From a virus: a DNA stretch of 64,000 nucleotides. The notes below the pieces were generated by a model. That model had not been told where the DNA came from and searched no databases. It saw only the letters and a program-made list of their open reading frames with translations. Made by a program: the position numbers and the translations under genes. This document shows positions 28,897 to 36,302 of this stretch, one piece after another. The DNA lies in IMG/VR virus record IMGVR_UViG_3300032401_000002, positions 64,001-128,000 of that record, one strand, 5' to 3'. The stretch's first letter is position 1. The number at the start of each line of letters is the position of its first letter.

Positions 28897-29766
28897 TTAG
28901 AAGCCCCTGCCGACGTTCCTTGACCGCATCGGGCCAGGAAGCATGCGACCGGCCTTCGTACCGAGGAGGAGAGAGCCGTGCGTGATGTCGTAACCACGGA
29001 GCTTGACTTGCTTCGTCCACTTGTCGAACAATGGAGCTTCAACATCGTAGACAGCTTTCCAAGCCTGCTGGTATCGCTTTCTGTCCATGAAGGCTACGGG
29101 AGACGAGACAACATCGGGCTGCTCGGTGTACGAGCGCATCAGATGTCGGATGGATGCAACGAGTAGGCCCTGGGCTGCCAGTGGGCCGTATGACCCCTGC
29201 GACCATGGGTAGCTAGCCTCAGTGTAGTCGGAGAACGGCATCGTCTCGTTCACGTTCATGATGACCTCTGGAATGAAGGCTCGAATCTTGGTCTTATCGA
29301 AGACAGCCAGTGTCTGATCCCGGAGCCAAGGGCCACCCAGTTCAGAGTCGAAGCAGTCTTCTAGCTTGAGCCATGCCATGTCAACGTATGGATCAGACAC
29401 CGCAGACCCAGAGCGAACAAACGGATCAATGACAGTGAAGTCAACAATGACAGACTTGAGGGCGTTCGGGTACGGTGCAGAAGATACGCCAGTGTAGTCG
29501 AACGTCATGACGCCCTTGTACTCACCGGGTATGTCAGTTAGGTTGATAACCTGGAACTGAGCATGACCGTCACCAACGATGTCTGCTGGATTGCTCTGGA
29601 CAGATGGTGTGTTGGGATCATCACCCGGCTTCAGGATTGTGACGATGGCCGATGTGATATCGCCCATGGGGATCAGAGTGTCGCCCGCGTTGTTGTACAG
29701 CCAGCCGTCTAGAATGGCGCTGTCATTCAGCATCACATTGGGCTGTCGCTCGTATCCGAAACTCAT
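28897..29766 (-). CDS. Head-tail adaptor protein
   Basis: 289 aa with an N-terminal Ig/BppU-like part and a helical C-terminal adaptor part. It is the first neck gene. Confidence 0.6.
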   Translation of the reverse strand: MSFGYERQPNVMLNDSAILDGWLYNNAGDTLIPMGDITSAIVTILKPGDDPNTPSVQSNPADIVGDGHAQFQVINLTDIPGEYKGVMTFDYTGVSSAPYPNALKSVIVDFTVIDPFVRSGSAVSDPYVDMAWLKLEDCFDSELGGPWLRDQTLAVFDKTKIRAFIPEVIMNVNETMPFSDYTEASYPWSQGSYGPLAAQGLLVASIRHLMRSYTEQPDVVSSPVAFMDRKRYQQAWKAVYDVEAPLFDKWTKQVKLRGYDITHGSLLLGTKAGRMLPGPMRSRNVGRGF

Positions 29767-30012
29767 GTTCTCTCTCCTACCGCCATGGGTGTGGGTCTGC
29801 CTAGCCTTGTCTCAGGAACTCGCATTGGAACCTTAGCCTCGGCGTGCCCGACCTGTCCGAGTAAGTGCTCCCCCCTGCCCCTAGAGAGTCCCGAAGGCTG
29901 GCGCAGGTTATGGGTGAGCCGATCACTTGCGACAAGACCCGTTCGTTGTCATCACCCCTTAGGTGGCTGATTGACCTCTGTCTGTAGTGACCTAACAACC
30001 CGGTGACTTCTG

Positions 30013-30021
30013 TGCTAGAAT
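30013..30021 (+). promoter_or_regulatory. Extended -10 promoter (TGcTAGAAT), probably leaderless transcript
   Basis: TGn + TAGAAT ends 7 nt before ATG 30029. Confidence 0.55.
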
Positions 30022-30028
30022 AGGTGAC

Positions 30029-30454
30029 ATGTGGGATTCAGGCATCGCTCGCTACCAGCTAGCCATACCCGAAGCCAGTAACGCCGACGAGAGTGGTCAG
30101 CAACAGGATCTCACCTGGATGCTGCCTGGCATCTTGAAAGCGCTGGCTAAGGCTGGCTACGGTGACTCGACCGTGCGCAAGCACATCGATGGCGTCTGGA
30201 CGAACCCTGACACGGGTGAGTCTTTCGCTGAGCCAATGACCTGGATTGACCTGGACGTGGAGGACACGCCTGAGAATGATCAGACACTCCACTCGTTCGC
30301 TGCCGAGGTCGCACGCGCGACTGGACAGCACAAGCTGTACTTCAACAAGATTCCCCTTCCTCGTGTCCTAGTCTCCCCTTCGGAGACCGCTCATCCACTC
30401 TTTGAGCTACCGGACATGGCCGCAGGCGGGAATCTCTCACCAGACTTCCCCTAG
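30029..30454 (+). CDS. Hypothetical protein, possible DUF3574/SAM-lyase-like ferredoxin (PII-like) fold
   Basis: The pattern 'DGVW...GESFAEP...FAAEVARATGQHKLYF' resembles the G-x-W/Y...E...Q-x-x-[VL] signature of that fold, as I recall it. Confidence 0.45.
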   Translation: MWDSGIARYQLAIPEASNADESGQQQDLTWMLPGILKALAKAGYGDSTVRKHIDGVWTNPDTGESFAEPMTWIDLDVEDTPENDQTLHSFAAEVARATGQHKLYFNKIPLPRVLVSPSETAHPLFELPDMAAGGNLSPDFP

Positions 30455-30616
30455 GAGGGGTCGTGTACGGCTCTCAGAGCCGTTCTAAGCGCCATTGAGG
30501 GGTATACCCTACCACCAACATGGCTTTACAGAAAGGACAGGGCAGAAGCCCCCGTACGAGAAGCATGGCAGGCCCGTAGTTTCGGTCTCAAACGATGTTC
30601 TCAGTACGGCAGTGTT

Positions 30617-31036
30617 ATGAGACATATCAAGACACAAATCGCGATTGTCGTCCTGGCAATCGCTGTGACACTCACCGGGACAGCACACGCAACACAAGCC
30701 ACACCATCTGTTACGAAGCAGACGTGGCAATGGCAATACAAGGTATGGATGCCCCAGCACTGGCAGAATCTTGCTCAGTGTGAAGAGCATCTCGACTGGC
30801 ACCACTCAGGGGGAGATTACGAAGGAGCTTTCGCCTTTGCACGAACTACATGGGATGCCTTTAAGTACAATGGGTACCCTAGCTCTGCTGCCAACGCAAC
30901 ACCATGGCAACAGTACCGTGTAGCCCGCAGGATTGCCGCCCACTATCACTCAATCGCTGGATCGTGGGGCTGCTGGAGAGGCCCGCAACATGCCTGGGTC
31001 AGGAATGGGTTACCTGAACATGGCACATGGAAGTAA
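30617..31036 (+). CDS. Secreted resuscitation-promoting-factor (Rpf)-like lytic transglycosylase
   Basis: Signal peptide (MRHIK-hydrophobic-AHA). 'WQNLAQCE...W...YEGAFAFARTTW...AANATPWQQYRVA...W.C' matches the Rpf domain, including the catalytic Glu and two Cys. Confidence 0.85.
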   Translation: MRHIKTQIAIVVLAIAVTLTGTAHATQATPSVTKQTWQWQYKVWMPQHWQNLAQCEEHLDWHHSGGDYEGAFAFARTTWDAFKYNGYPSSAANATPWQQYRVARRIAAHYHSIAGSWGCWRGPQHAWVRNGLPEHGTWK

Positions 31037-31039
31037 ACT

Positions 31040-31061
31040 GAGGGGGCCAATCGGCCCCCTC
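31040..31061. terminator. Hairpin between convergent genes (GAGGGGGCC-AATC-GGCCCCCTC)
   Basis: Perfect 9-bp stem between the Rpf-like gene stop and the 31064..31261 stop. Confidence 0.7.
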
Positions 31062-31063
31062 TT

Positions 31064-31261
31064 CTACGCCGAGCGCTTAACCATCCACTCTTTCTTGTCG
31101 TGTACGTACACGATGTTGTCGGGGTATTCGACCTCGCTCATGGTCGATAGATCCTCGGGTGGTAGATCAAACCCACCTAGTTCTCCGGGTCGCCCCCAGA
31201 GATCGACGGACAGCTTGTCTAGCTGGCGCATCTTCCACCAGAGACGGAGACGAGTGATCAT
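31064..31261 (-). CDS. Hypothetical protein
   Basis: 65 aa. Overlaps the upstream gene by ATGA and ends at the terminator. Confidence 0.5.
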   Translation of the reverse strand: MITRLRLWWKMRQLDKLSVDLWGRPGELGGFDLPPEDLSTMSEVEYPDNIVYVHDKKEWMVKRSA

Positions 31262-31833
31262 CCGCTGACGCGCTCGACTGTGACCGAACGGTCAAAGTTG
31301 ACGCCCTCGGGCATGGCCGGGTTCGGCTTGTCAACGTTCTCCTGGCCGTGTCGGAGCGTCTCATGAAGAGCCTCGTCTGATCCGGGCACGTCGGCGAAGA
31401 CCTGGCCACTCGTGCGGACGTTGCGGTCTTCAGGGGCACGCTGACCCTTGCCGTCCCAGTCGTCTGCGGTCTGGATCACGGTGTCAGCCTCGGTGTAGAC
31501 CTTGGGTGCATCCGTGCGACCCAGGTACCCAACGGGCTGGTACTGGAGGGCACGAGCTTCAGTAACCGTGATGATCTCGAAGAGACTACCCACGCCACGG
31601 ATGAAGGCGTAGTCCTCCTGGAGCGCAACCGGAATCGACTCCGTGTCACCCTGCTGACCACGCGGAGCTAGCTGGACGCGGTACGGGTCTTTGTTGTTTC
31701 CGAGACGGAAGTGGACAGGCATCTGGCGAAGATTCCTGATGATCTTCGGGCCTGCCTTGGGGCGCGTAGCGCGCGGCTTGGGTGCTGCCTTGGGTGCTGC
31801 CTTGGGTGCTGCTGCCTTACGGGGTGTTGCCAT
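31258..31833 (-). CDS. Head-region protein with N-terminal KAAP repeats
   Basis: 191 aa with SD GAGGAGG. It is the next - strand gene after the capsid gene, beyond the inserted NAD cassette. Confidence 0.65.
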   Translation of the reverse strand: MATPRKAAAPKAAPKAAPKPRATRPKAGPKIIRNLRQMPVHFRLGNNKDPYRVQLAPRGQQGDTESIPVALQEDYAFIRGVGSLFEIITVTEARALQYQPVGYLGRTDAPKVYTEADTVIQTADDWDGKGQRAPEDRNVRTSGQVFADVPGSDEALHETLRHGQENVDKPNPAMPEGVNFDRSVTVERVSG

Positions 31834-31954
31834 TCTAATTCGACCTCCTCAGGTCTATCTCGTCCGATCCCCGGTAATGGGGCGGGCCGTTGATACTCTA
31901 TTCGGTCATTACACGGGAGTAGTTAAGAGATAGAGAGTAGCCTTGTACCAAGAG

Positions 31955-31963
31955 TGCTACACT
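31955..31963 (+). promoter_or_regulatory. Extended -10 promoter (TGcTACACT) for the NAD salvage cassette
   Basis: TGn-TACACT about 50 nt upstream of ATG 32013, which has a GGAGGAGG SD. Confidence 0.5.
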
Positions 31964-32012
31964 TGGACATATCACTAGAGGCCCATGGAGGGCCTTGAAG
32001 GAGGAGGACGTA

Positions 32013-33086
32013 ATGGATTACAAGCACGCTGTGTTCGTGGGCCGGTTTCAGCCGTTCCACATGGGACACCTAGAGGTCATCAGGCAGGGCCTACGCATTG
32101 CGGAGAACGTGATCGTCATCGTTGGATCGTCCAACGCTGCACCGTCTCCCAAGAACCCATTCACCTTTGAGGAGCGCCGTGGCATGATCATGGACTGCTT
32201 CACAGGCGAGATGAAGAATCGCGTCAAGGTGGTCGGGGTTCGCGACTACTACTACAACATCGACGCCTGGCTCATGGATGTTCAGGGCAAGGTCAACCAG
32301 TTCGCCAGAGAGGGCGACTCGATTGCGCTCCTGGGCCAGTTCAAGGACGCTTCATCGTACTACTTGAAGCTATTCCCGCAGTGGGATCACGAGCCAGTCG
32401 AGACTTCCATGATGGATGCCACCAAGGTGCGCCACCATCTCTTCAGCGGAGTCACAGACAGACGCGACTGGGAAGGTAAGATCCCAGCCGAACAGCGCCA
32501 CCCACTCGTAGGGGAGATCGACAAGCTCTTGCCTCTGAGCACCAAGGACTTCCTGAAGGGGTACGTTCACACCAAGGCGTATGCCGATCAGGTGCGAGAG
32601 TTCAAGTACGTTCAGGACTACAAGGCACAGTGGGCTGATGCCCCCTTCCCGCCCATGTTCGTCACCACGGATGCGTGTGTCACCACAAGTGGCCACGTTC
32701 TCGTGGTCGAGCGCAAGACCAACCCCGGTAAGGGGTTGTTCGCACTACCTGGAGGGTTCCTCAAGCCGAATGAGTTCGTGCAAGACGGGATGCTCAGGGA
32801 ACTGCGAGAGGAGACCGGGATCAGGGTTGACAAGCTGATCCTGGCATCCTCAATCGTAGACTCGAAGGTCTTCGATCACCCTGACCGTTCACTGCGGGGT
32901 CGCACGATCTCGCATGGCTTCCACATCAAGCTCAAGGACGGCAACCTGCCCGAAGTCAAAGGCAACGACGATGCGGCACGCGCAATCTGGATGTCGCTCT
33001 GGGATGTGATCCAGAACGAAGACAAGTTCTTCGAGGATCACGCCCACATCATCAACTACTTCGTAGGCGCTCAGGGAGAGCGCTGA
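32013..33086 (+). CDS. nadM: Bifunctional NMN adenylyltransferase / ADP-ribose pyrophosphatase (NadM-Nudix)
   Basis: '[12 protein letters not shown]' (HxGH), 'KNPFTFEER', Nudix box 'GGFLKPNE...RELREETG' and 'FFEDHAHII'. Confidence 0.95.
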   Translation: MDYKHAVFVGRFQPFHMGHLEVIRQGLRIAENVIVIVGSSNAAPSPKNPFTFEERRGMIMDCFTGEMKNRVKVVGVRDYYYNIDAWLMDVQGKVNQFAREGDSIALLGQFKDASSYYLKLFPQWDHEPVETSMMDATKVRHHLFSGVTDRRDWEGKIPAEQRHPLVGEIDKLLPLSTKDFLKGYVHTKAYADQVREFKYVQDYKAQWADAPFPPMFVTTDACVTTSGHVLVVERKTNPGKGLFALPGGFLKPNEFVQDGMLRELREETGIRVDKLILASSIVDSKVFDHPDRSLRGRTISHGFHIKLKDGNLPEVKGNDDAARAIWMSLWDVIQNEDKFFEDHAHIINYFVGAQGER

Positions 33087-33096
33087 AAGGACAATC

Positions 33097-34485
33097 ATGA
33101 ATGACAACATCATCCTTCTGTCCGACTCCTACAAGGTGTCGCACTGGAAGCAGTACCCGCCGAAGACCACCAACGTCTACTCGTACTTCGAGTCTCGCGG
33201 GAGCGATGACTTCACCGAGACCACGTTCTTCGGCCTCCAATACATCATCCGCAAGCACCTTGCAGGCAAGCAGGTAACGGCTGCCAAGATCGACCAGGCT
33301 GAGGCCCTCTACGAGGCTCACTTCGGGTCGCCCGATCTCTTCAATCGCGCGGGGTGGGAGCGTATCCTCAACGAGTACGGGGGTCGATTGCCCGTTCGCA
33401 TCAAGGCGGTTCCAGAAGGCACCAAGGTGCCCGTTGGCAACGTGCTGATGACCATCGAGAACACTGACCCCGAATGCTTCTGGCTCACCAACTTCCTGGA
33501 GACACTTCTGTCTCAGGTGTGGTACCCGTCAACGGTTGCCACGGTGTCGGGCCAGGCTCGTAAGCAGATCCTCGCGGCCCTGGAGAAGACCGGCGATCCG
33601 TCGTTGATCGACTTCAAGCTCCACGACTTCGGCTTCCGGGGCGTGTCCAGCGTCGAGTCGGCTGGGATCGGTGGAGCGGCCCATCTACTCAACTTCCTAG
33701 GCACGGACACGGTTGCCGCCCTGACGTTCCTCCAGGACTACTACAGCGCAGGAATGGCGGGCTTCAGCGTCCCGGCTTCGGAGCACTCAACGATGACATC
33801 GTGGGGTCGAGAGAACGAGGCAGATGCCTACCGGAACATGATCGAGCAATACGGCGACTGCGGGATCTACTCCGTAGTGTCGGACTCCTACGATCTGTTC
33901 AAGGCCGTTAAGGACATCTGGGGCGACAAGCTCCGAGATGCTGTCCTGGCAGCACCGGGCACTCTGGTCGTCCGGCCAGACAGTGGCTTCCCGCCGCACA
34001 TCGTGAACTACACCCTGGAACTGCTGGGTAAGCAGTTCGGCTACACCGTCAATGACAAGGGGTACAAGGTCTTGAACCCCAAGGTGCGTGTCATCCAGGG
34101 TGACGGTCTCAATCTCAAGATGATCGACAACATCCTGAAGACGATTGAGCACGAGAAGTGGAGCGCCGATAACGTGACCTTCGGGATGGGCGGTGGCCTG
34201 CTTCAGCAAGTCAACCGCGACACCATGAGGTTCGCATTCAAGTGCTCTTCAGCCATCGTGGATGGAGAAGAGCGGGATGTCTTCAAGCAGCCCGCTACCG
34301 ATCAGGGCAAGGACTCCAAGCGTGGCCGGTTGGCGCTCGTCAAGAGAGACGATGAGTTCTTCACCGTGTCCGAAGAGGCAGCGAGTCGCTACGACTCGGG
34401 TAATCTCCTGGAGACCGTGTTCGAGAACGGCTGGGTCACTAGCGAGTGGAACCTCGACCAGATCCGCAAGCGTGCGCAGGTATAG
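33097..34485 (+). CDS. nadV: Nicotinamide phosphoribosyltransferase (NAMPT)
   Basis: 'DSYKVSH', 'HDFGFRG', 'PASEHS', 'SVVSDSYD', 'RPDSG', 'IQGDG', 'FGMGGGLLQ' and 'RDT..FAFK'. Confidence 0.95.
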   Translation: MNDNIILLSDSYKVSHWKQYPPKTTNVYSYFESRGSDDFTETTFFGLQYIIRKHLAGKQVTAAKIDQAEALYEAHFGSPDLFNRAGWERILNEYGGRLPVRIKAVPEGTKVPVGNVLMTIENTDPECFWLTNFLETLLSQVWYPSTVATVSGQARKQILAALEKTGDPSLIDFKLHDFGFRGVSSVESAGIGGAAHLLNFLGTDTVAALTFLQDYYSAGMAGFSVPASEHSTMTSWGRENEADAYRNMIEQYGDCGIYSVVSDSYDLFKAVKDIWGDKLRDAVLAAPGTLVVRPDSGFPPHIVNYTLELLGKQFGYTVNDKGYKVLNPKVRVIQGDGLNLKMIDNILKTIEHEKWSADNVTFGMGGGLLQQVNRDTMRFAFKCSSAIVDGEERDVFKQPATDQGKDSKRGRLALVKRDDEFFTVSEEAASRYDSGNLLETVFENGWVTSEWNLDQIRKRAQV

Positions 34486-34549
34486 ACGATAACCCCGGAA
34501 ACGGGGACAATCGTATACACAACGACAGAGGCCCCCTTCCGGGGGCCTC
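34486..34549. terminator. Two hairpins between convergent nadV and capsid genes
   Basis: CCCCG-GAAA-CGGGG (stem extended by ACGAT/ATCGT) and GAGGCCCCC-TTCC-GGGGGCCTC. Confidence 0.7.
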
Positions 34550-34579
34550 GTGTCGAGCGGTGTGCTTGGTCGATCAGGT

Positions 34580-35629
34580 CTAGCTGTAGAGGCCGCGATC
34601 TGCGATGTTGGTGACAACACCAGATGCTGCCCACGAGTCAGCCTTGAGGACTCGTGCGAGGCCGCGAGCGTTCAGGATCATCATCCCGACTAGCTCGTCC
34701 ATGACCCAGCCCTTGTAGAACTGCTCCACAAGGTGGTTCTCCTCAACGTCGAGGCTGTACATGACCGGGAAGACGCCGACGTACTCTGGATCAGCGGAGA
34801 GGAAGACCTCGCCCTGCGGCACGATGACCGACTTCTGAACCTGGAACTCGCCGAACGACGTGATCTTCTCGCCTGCGAATACCTTGTCCTTGAAGCTCCA
34901 ACCCGTGACGTTGATGTCCCAGGTGTAGAGGTCGCGGATGTCCTGCGGGTGAGCAAGGACACGAGATGCCTCTAGCTGCTCGATCTCAACCATCGAGACC
35001 GCGCTGTAGAAGTCAACCGGCTCAAGCGGGTTCGATGCCCCGATGATGACGGTCTTCTCGCTCGTGTGGCCACCAGGGCCAGCCGAGATTCCGGTAGCGA
35101 TACCGCCAGTCGGGGTCTGACCCGCTGCGCCGTAATCGCCGATTGCGCCTTCGAGAAGGAGGATGAGCTTGTAGTCTTCCTGCTTCTGGATGGCCTGCCG
35201 TGACTCGTCCTGCGCGTACTCGACCGCGTTCACTCGGAGGTAGTACAAGTCCTCCTTGCGGATGCGGGGGAAGGACGCGATGCGGAAGAGGTTCGGGAAC
35301 GCCTGCTTACCTTCGAAGACCTGTAGCTTGACTTCAGAATCCGTAGCGTTCAGGATGTAAGCCTTACCGAGGTCGTCTAGGATGTCATACGGCATGAGCG
35401 GGCCGCGCTCCAGGGTGTCCTCTAGGAGGACGTTGCGTACGATACCCTCGTATCGTAGGCGGATCTGGATCGGGCCGATCATTCCCTGGCCGAGGCGGTG
35501 CATACCGCTGGCCTTGTCAGCGAGGATCGTCGCGAGACGCTGCTGCTTCTCCTGCTTGGTCAGCTTCTTGAGCGAACCGAGCTTCTCGACGTAGTCGTCA
35601 CTGTGCTTTGCTGTGCGTGCTGTAAGCAT
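34580..35629 (-). CDS. Major capsid protein (HK97-like, Bxz1-like group)
   Basis: 349 aa after the protease and decoration genes. 'RLGQGMIGPIQIRLRYEGIVRNVLLED' and 'YKGWVMDELVGMMILNARGL' resemble cluster-C actinophage capsid proteins as I recall them. Confidence 0.85.
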   Translation of the reverse strand: MLTARTAKHSDDYVEKLGSLKKLTKQEKQQRLATILADKASGMHRLGQGMIGPIQIRLRYEGIVRNVLLEDTLERGPLMPYDILDDLGKAYILNATDSEVKLQVFEGKQAFPNLFRIASFPRIRKEDLYYLRVNAVEYAQDESRQAIQKQEDYKLILLLEGAIGDYGAAGQTPTGGIATGISAGPGGHTSEKTVIIGASNPLEPVDFYSAVSMVEIEQLEASRVLAHPQDIRDLYTWDINVTGWSFKDKVFAGEKITSFGEFQVQKSVIVPQGEVFLSADPEYVGVFPVMYSLDVEENHLVEQFYKGWVMDELVGMMILNARGLARVLKADSWAASGVVTNIADRGLYS

Positions 35630-35671
35630 GTCTGTTATCTCTTTCTGAGAATCTTCAGTCAGGGCCGGGGC

Positions 35672-36217
35672 CTAGACGAGAAGCTCCACGATGACGGCGT
35701 TAGCTGACAGACGAGTCACTAGACGACCTACGTTGTTGATGACGTTTGCGCCCGCAGTGCCGACGACCTGACCCTTAGCGTTGGACTTGAAGTAGACTTC
35801 GTTGGCTACCGCGCCATCCTCCGCTGCTGCCAGCGCAGAAAGACCCGTGTCATCGAAGGCCGGTGCGAGGATCTCGAAGACCCCACCCGCTCCGCGCCAA
35901 ACACCAACGCGGTCGAAGTCGGTCGGAATGTCGGAAAGCTCTCCACCAACGAAGTTGGCGAACAGCCCAAACGGACGGTTGGAAGCTGCCGCAGCGGCCG
36001 AAACAGTTACAGCCTCTCCGACGAGCTTGTTTGCGACCTGTCCGGGAAGGATGGCCGACTTTGCACCCGTGATGGCAGTACCGCCCGAAAGCGCTCCTGC
36101 TGTACGGACGAAGGCGGAACTAAGCTGCACGTCGTACGGGTACGCCTGCGTCTGTCCATACAGAGCGCGGAGCGTGCGACGGTTGTACTTGTTCGCCAGG
36201 TTGGTTAGTCGTAGCAT
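35672..36217 (-). CDS. Head decoration / minor capsid protein
   Basis: 181 aa, Ala/Gly-rich, between scaffold and major capsid ('PFGLFANF...GVWRG'). Confidence 0.7.
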   Translation of the reverse strand: MLRLTNLANKYNRRTLRALYGQTQAYPYDVQLSSAFVRTAGALSGGTAITGAKSAILPGQVANKLVGEAVTVSAAAAASNRPFGLFANFVGGELSDIPTDFDRVGVWRGAGGVFEILAPAFDDTGLSALAAAEDGAVANEVYFKSNAKGQVVGTAGANVINNVGRLVTRLSANAVIVELLV

Positions 36218-36302
36218 GGTTTCTCTTGGTTTCCTTTGGGAGTTAGCCTGTTGAGGCTTTCTACATCTTCAGCCTAGGAACTGGCTTGGAATGTAGTGGG
36301 GC

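Noticed and set aside
30455-30616. c-di-AMP (ydaO) riboswitch expected upstream of rpf genes in actinobacteria
   Set aside because: I could not find the conserved GAATC...GGGGAACC / AACCCGTCAGCTAA-type segments.
32013-34485. NARP1 (Adps + Namat) pathway
   Set aside because: The first gene is a HxGH nucleotidyltransferase + Nudix, not a PRPP-synthetase-like Adps. The pair fits NAMPT/NMNAT salvage instead.
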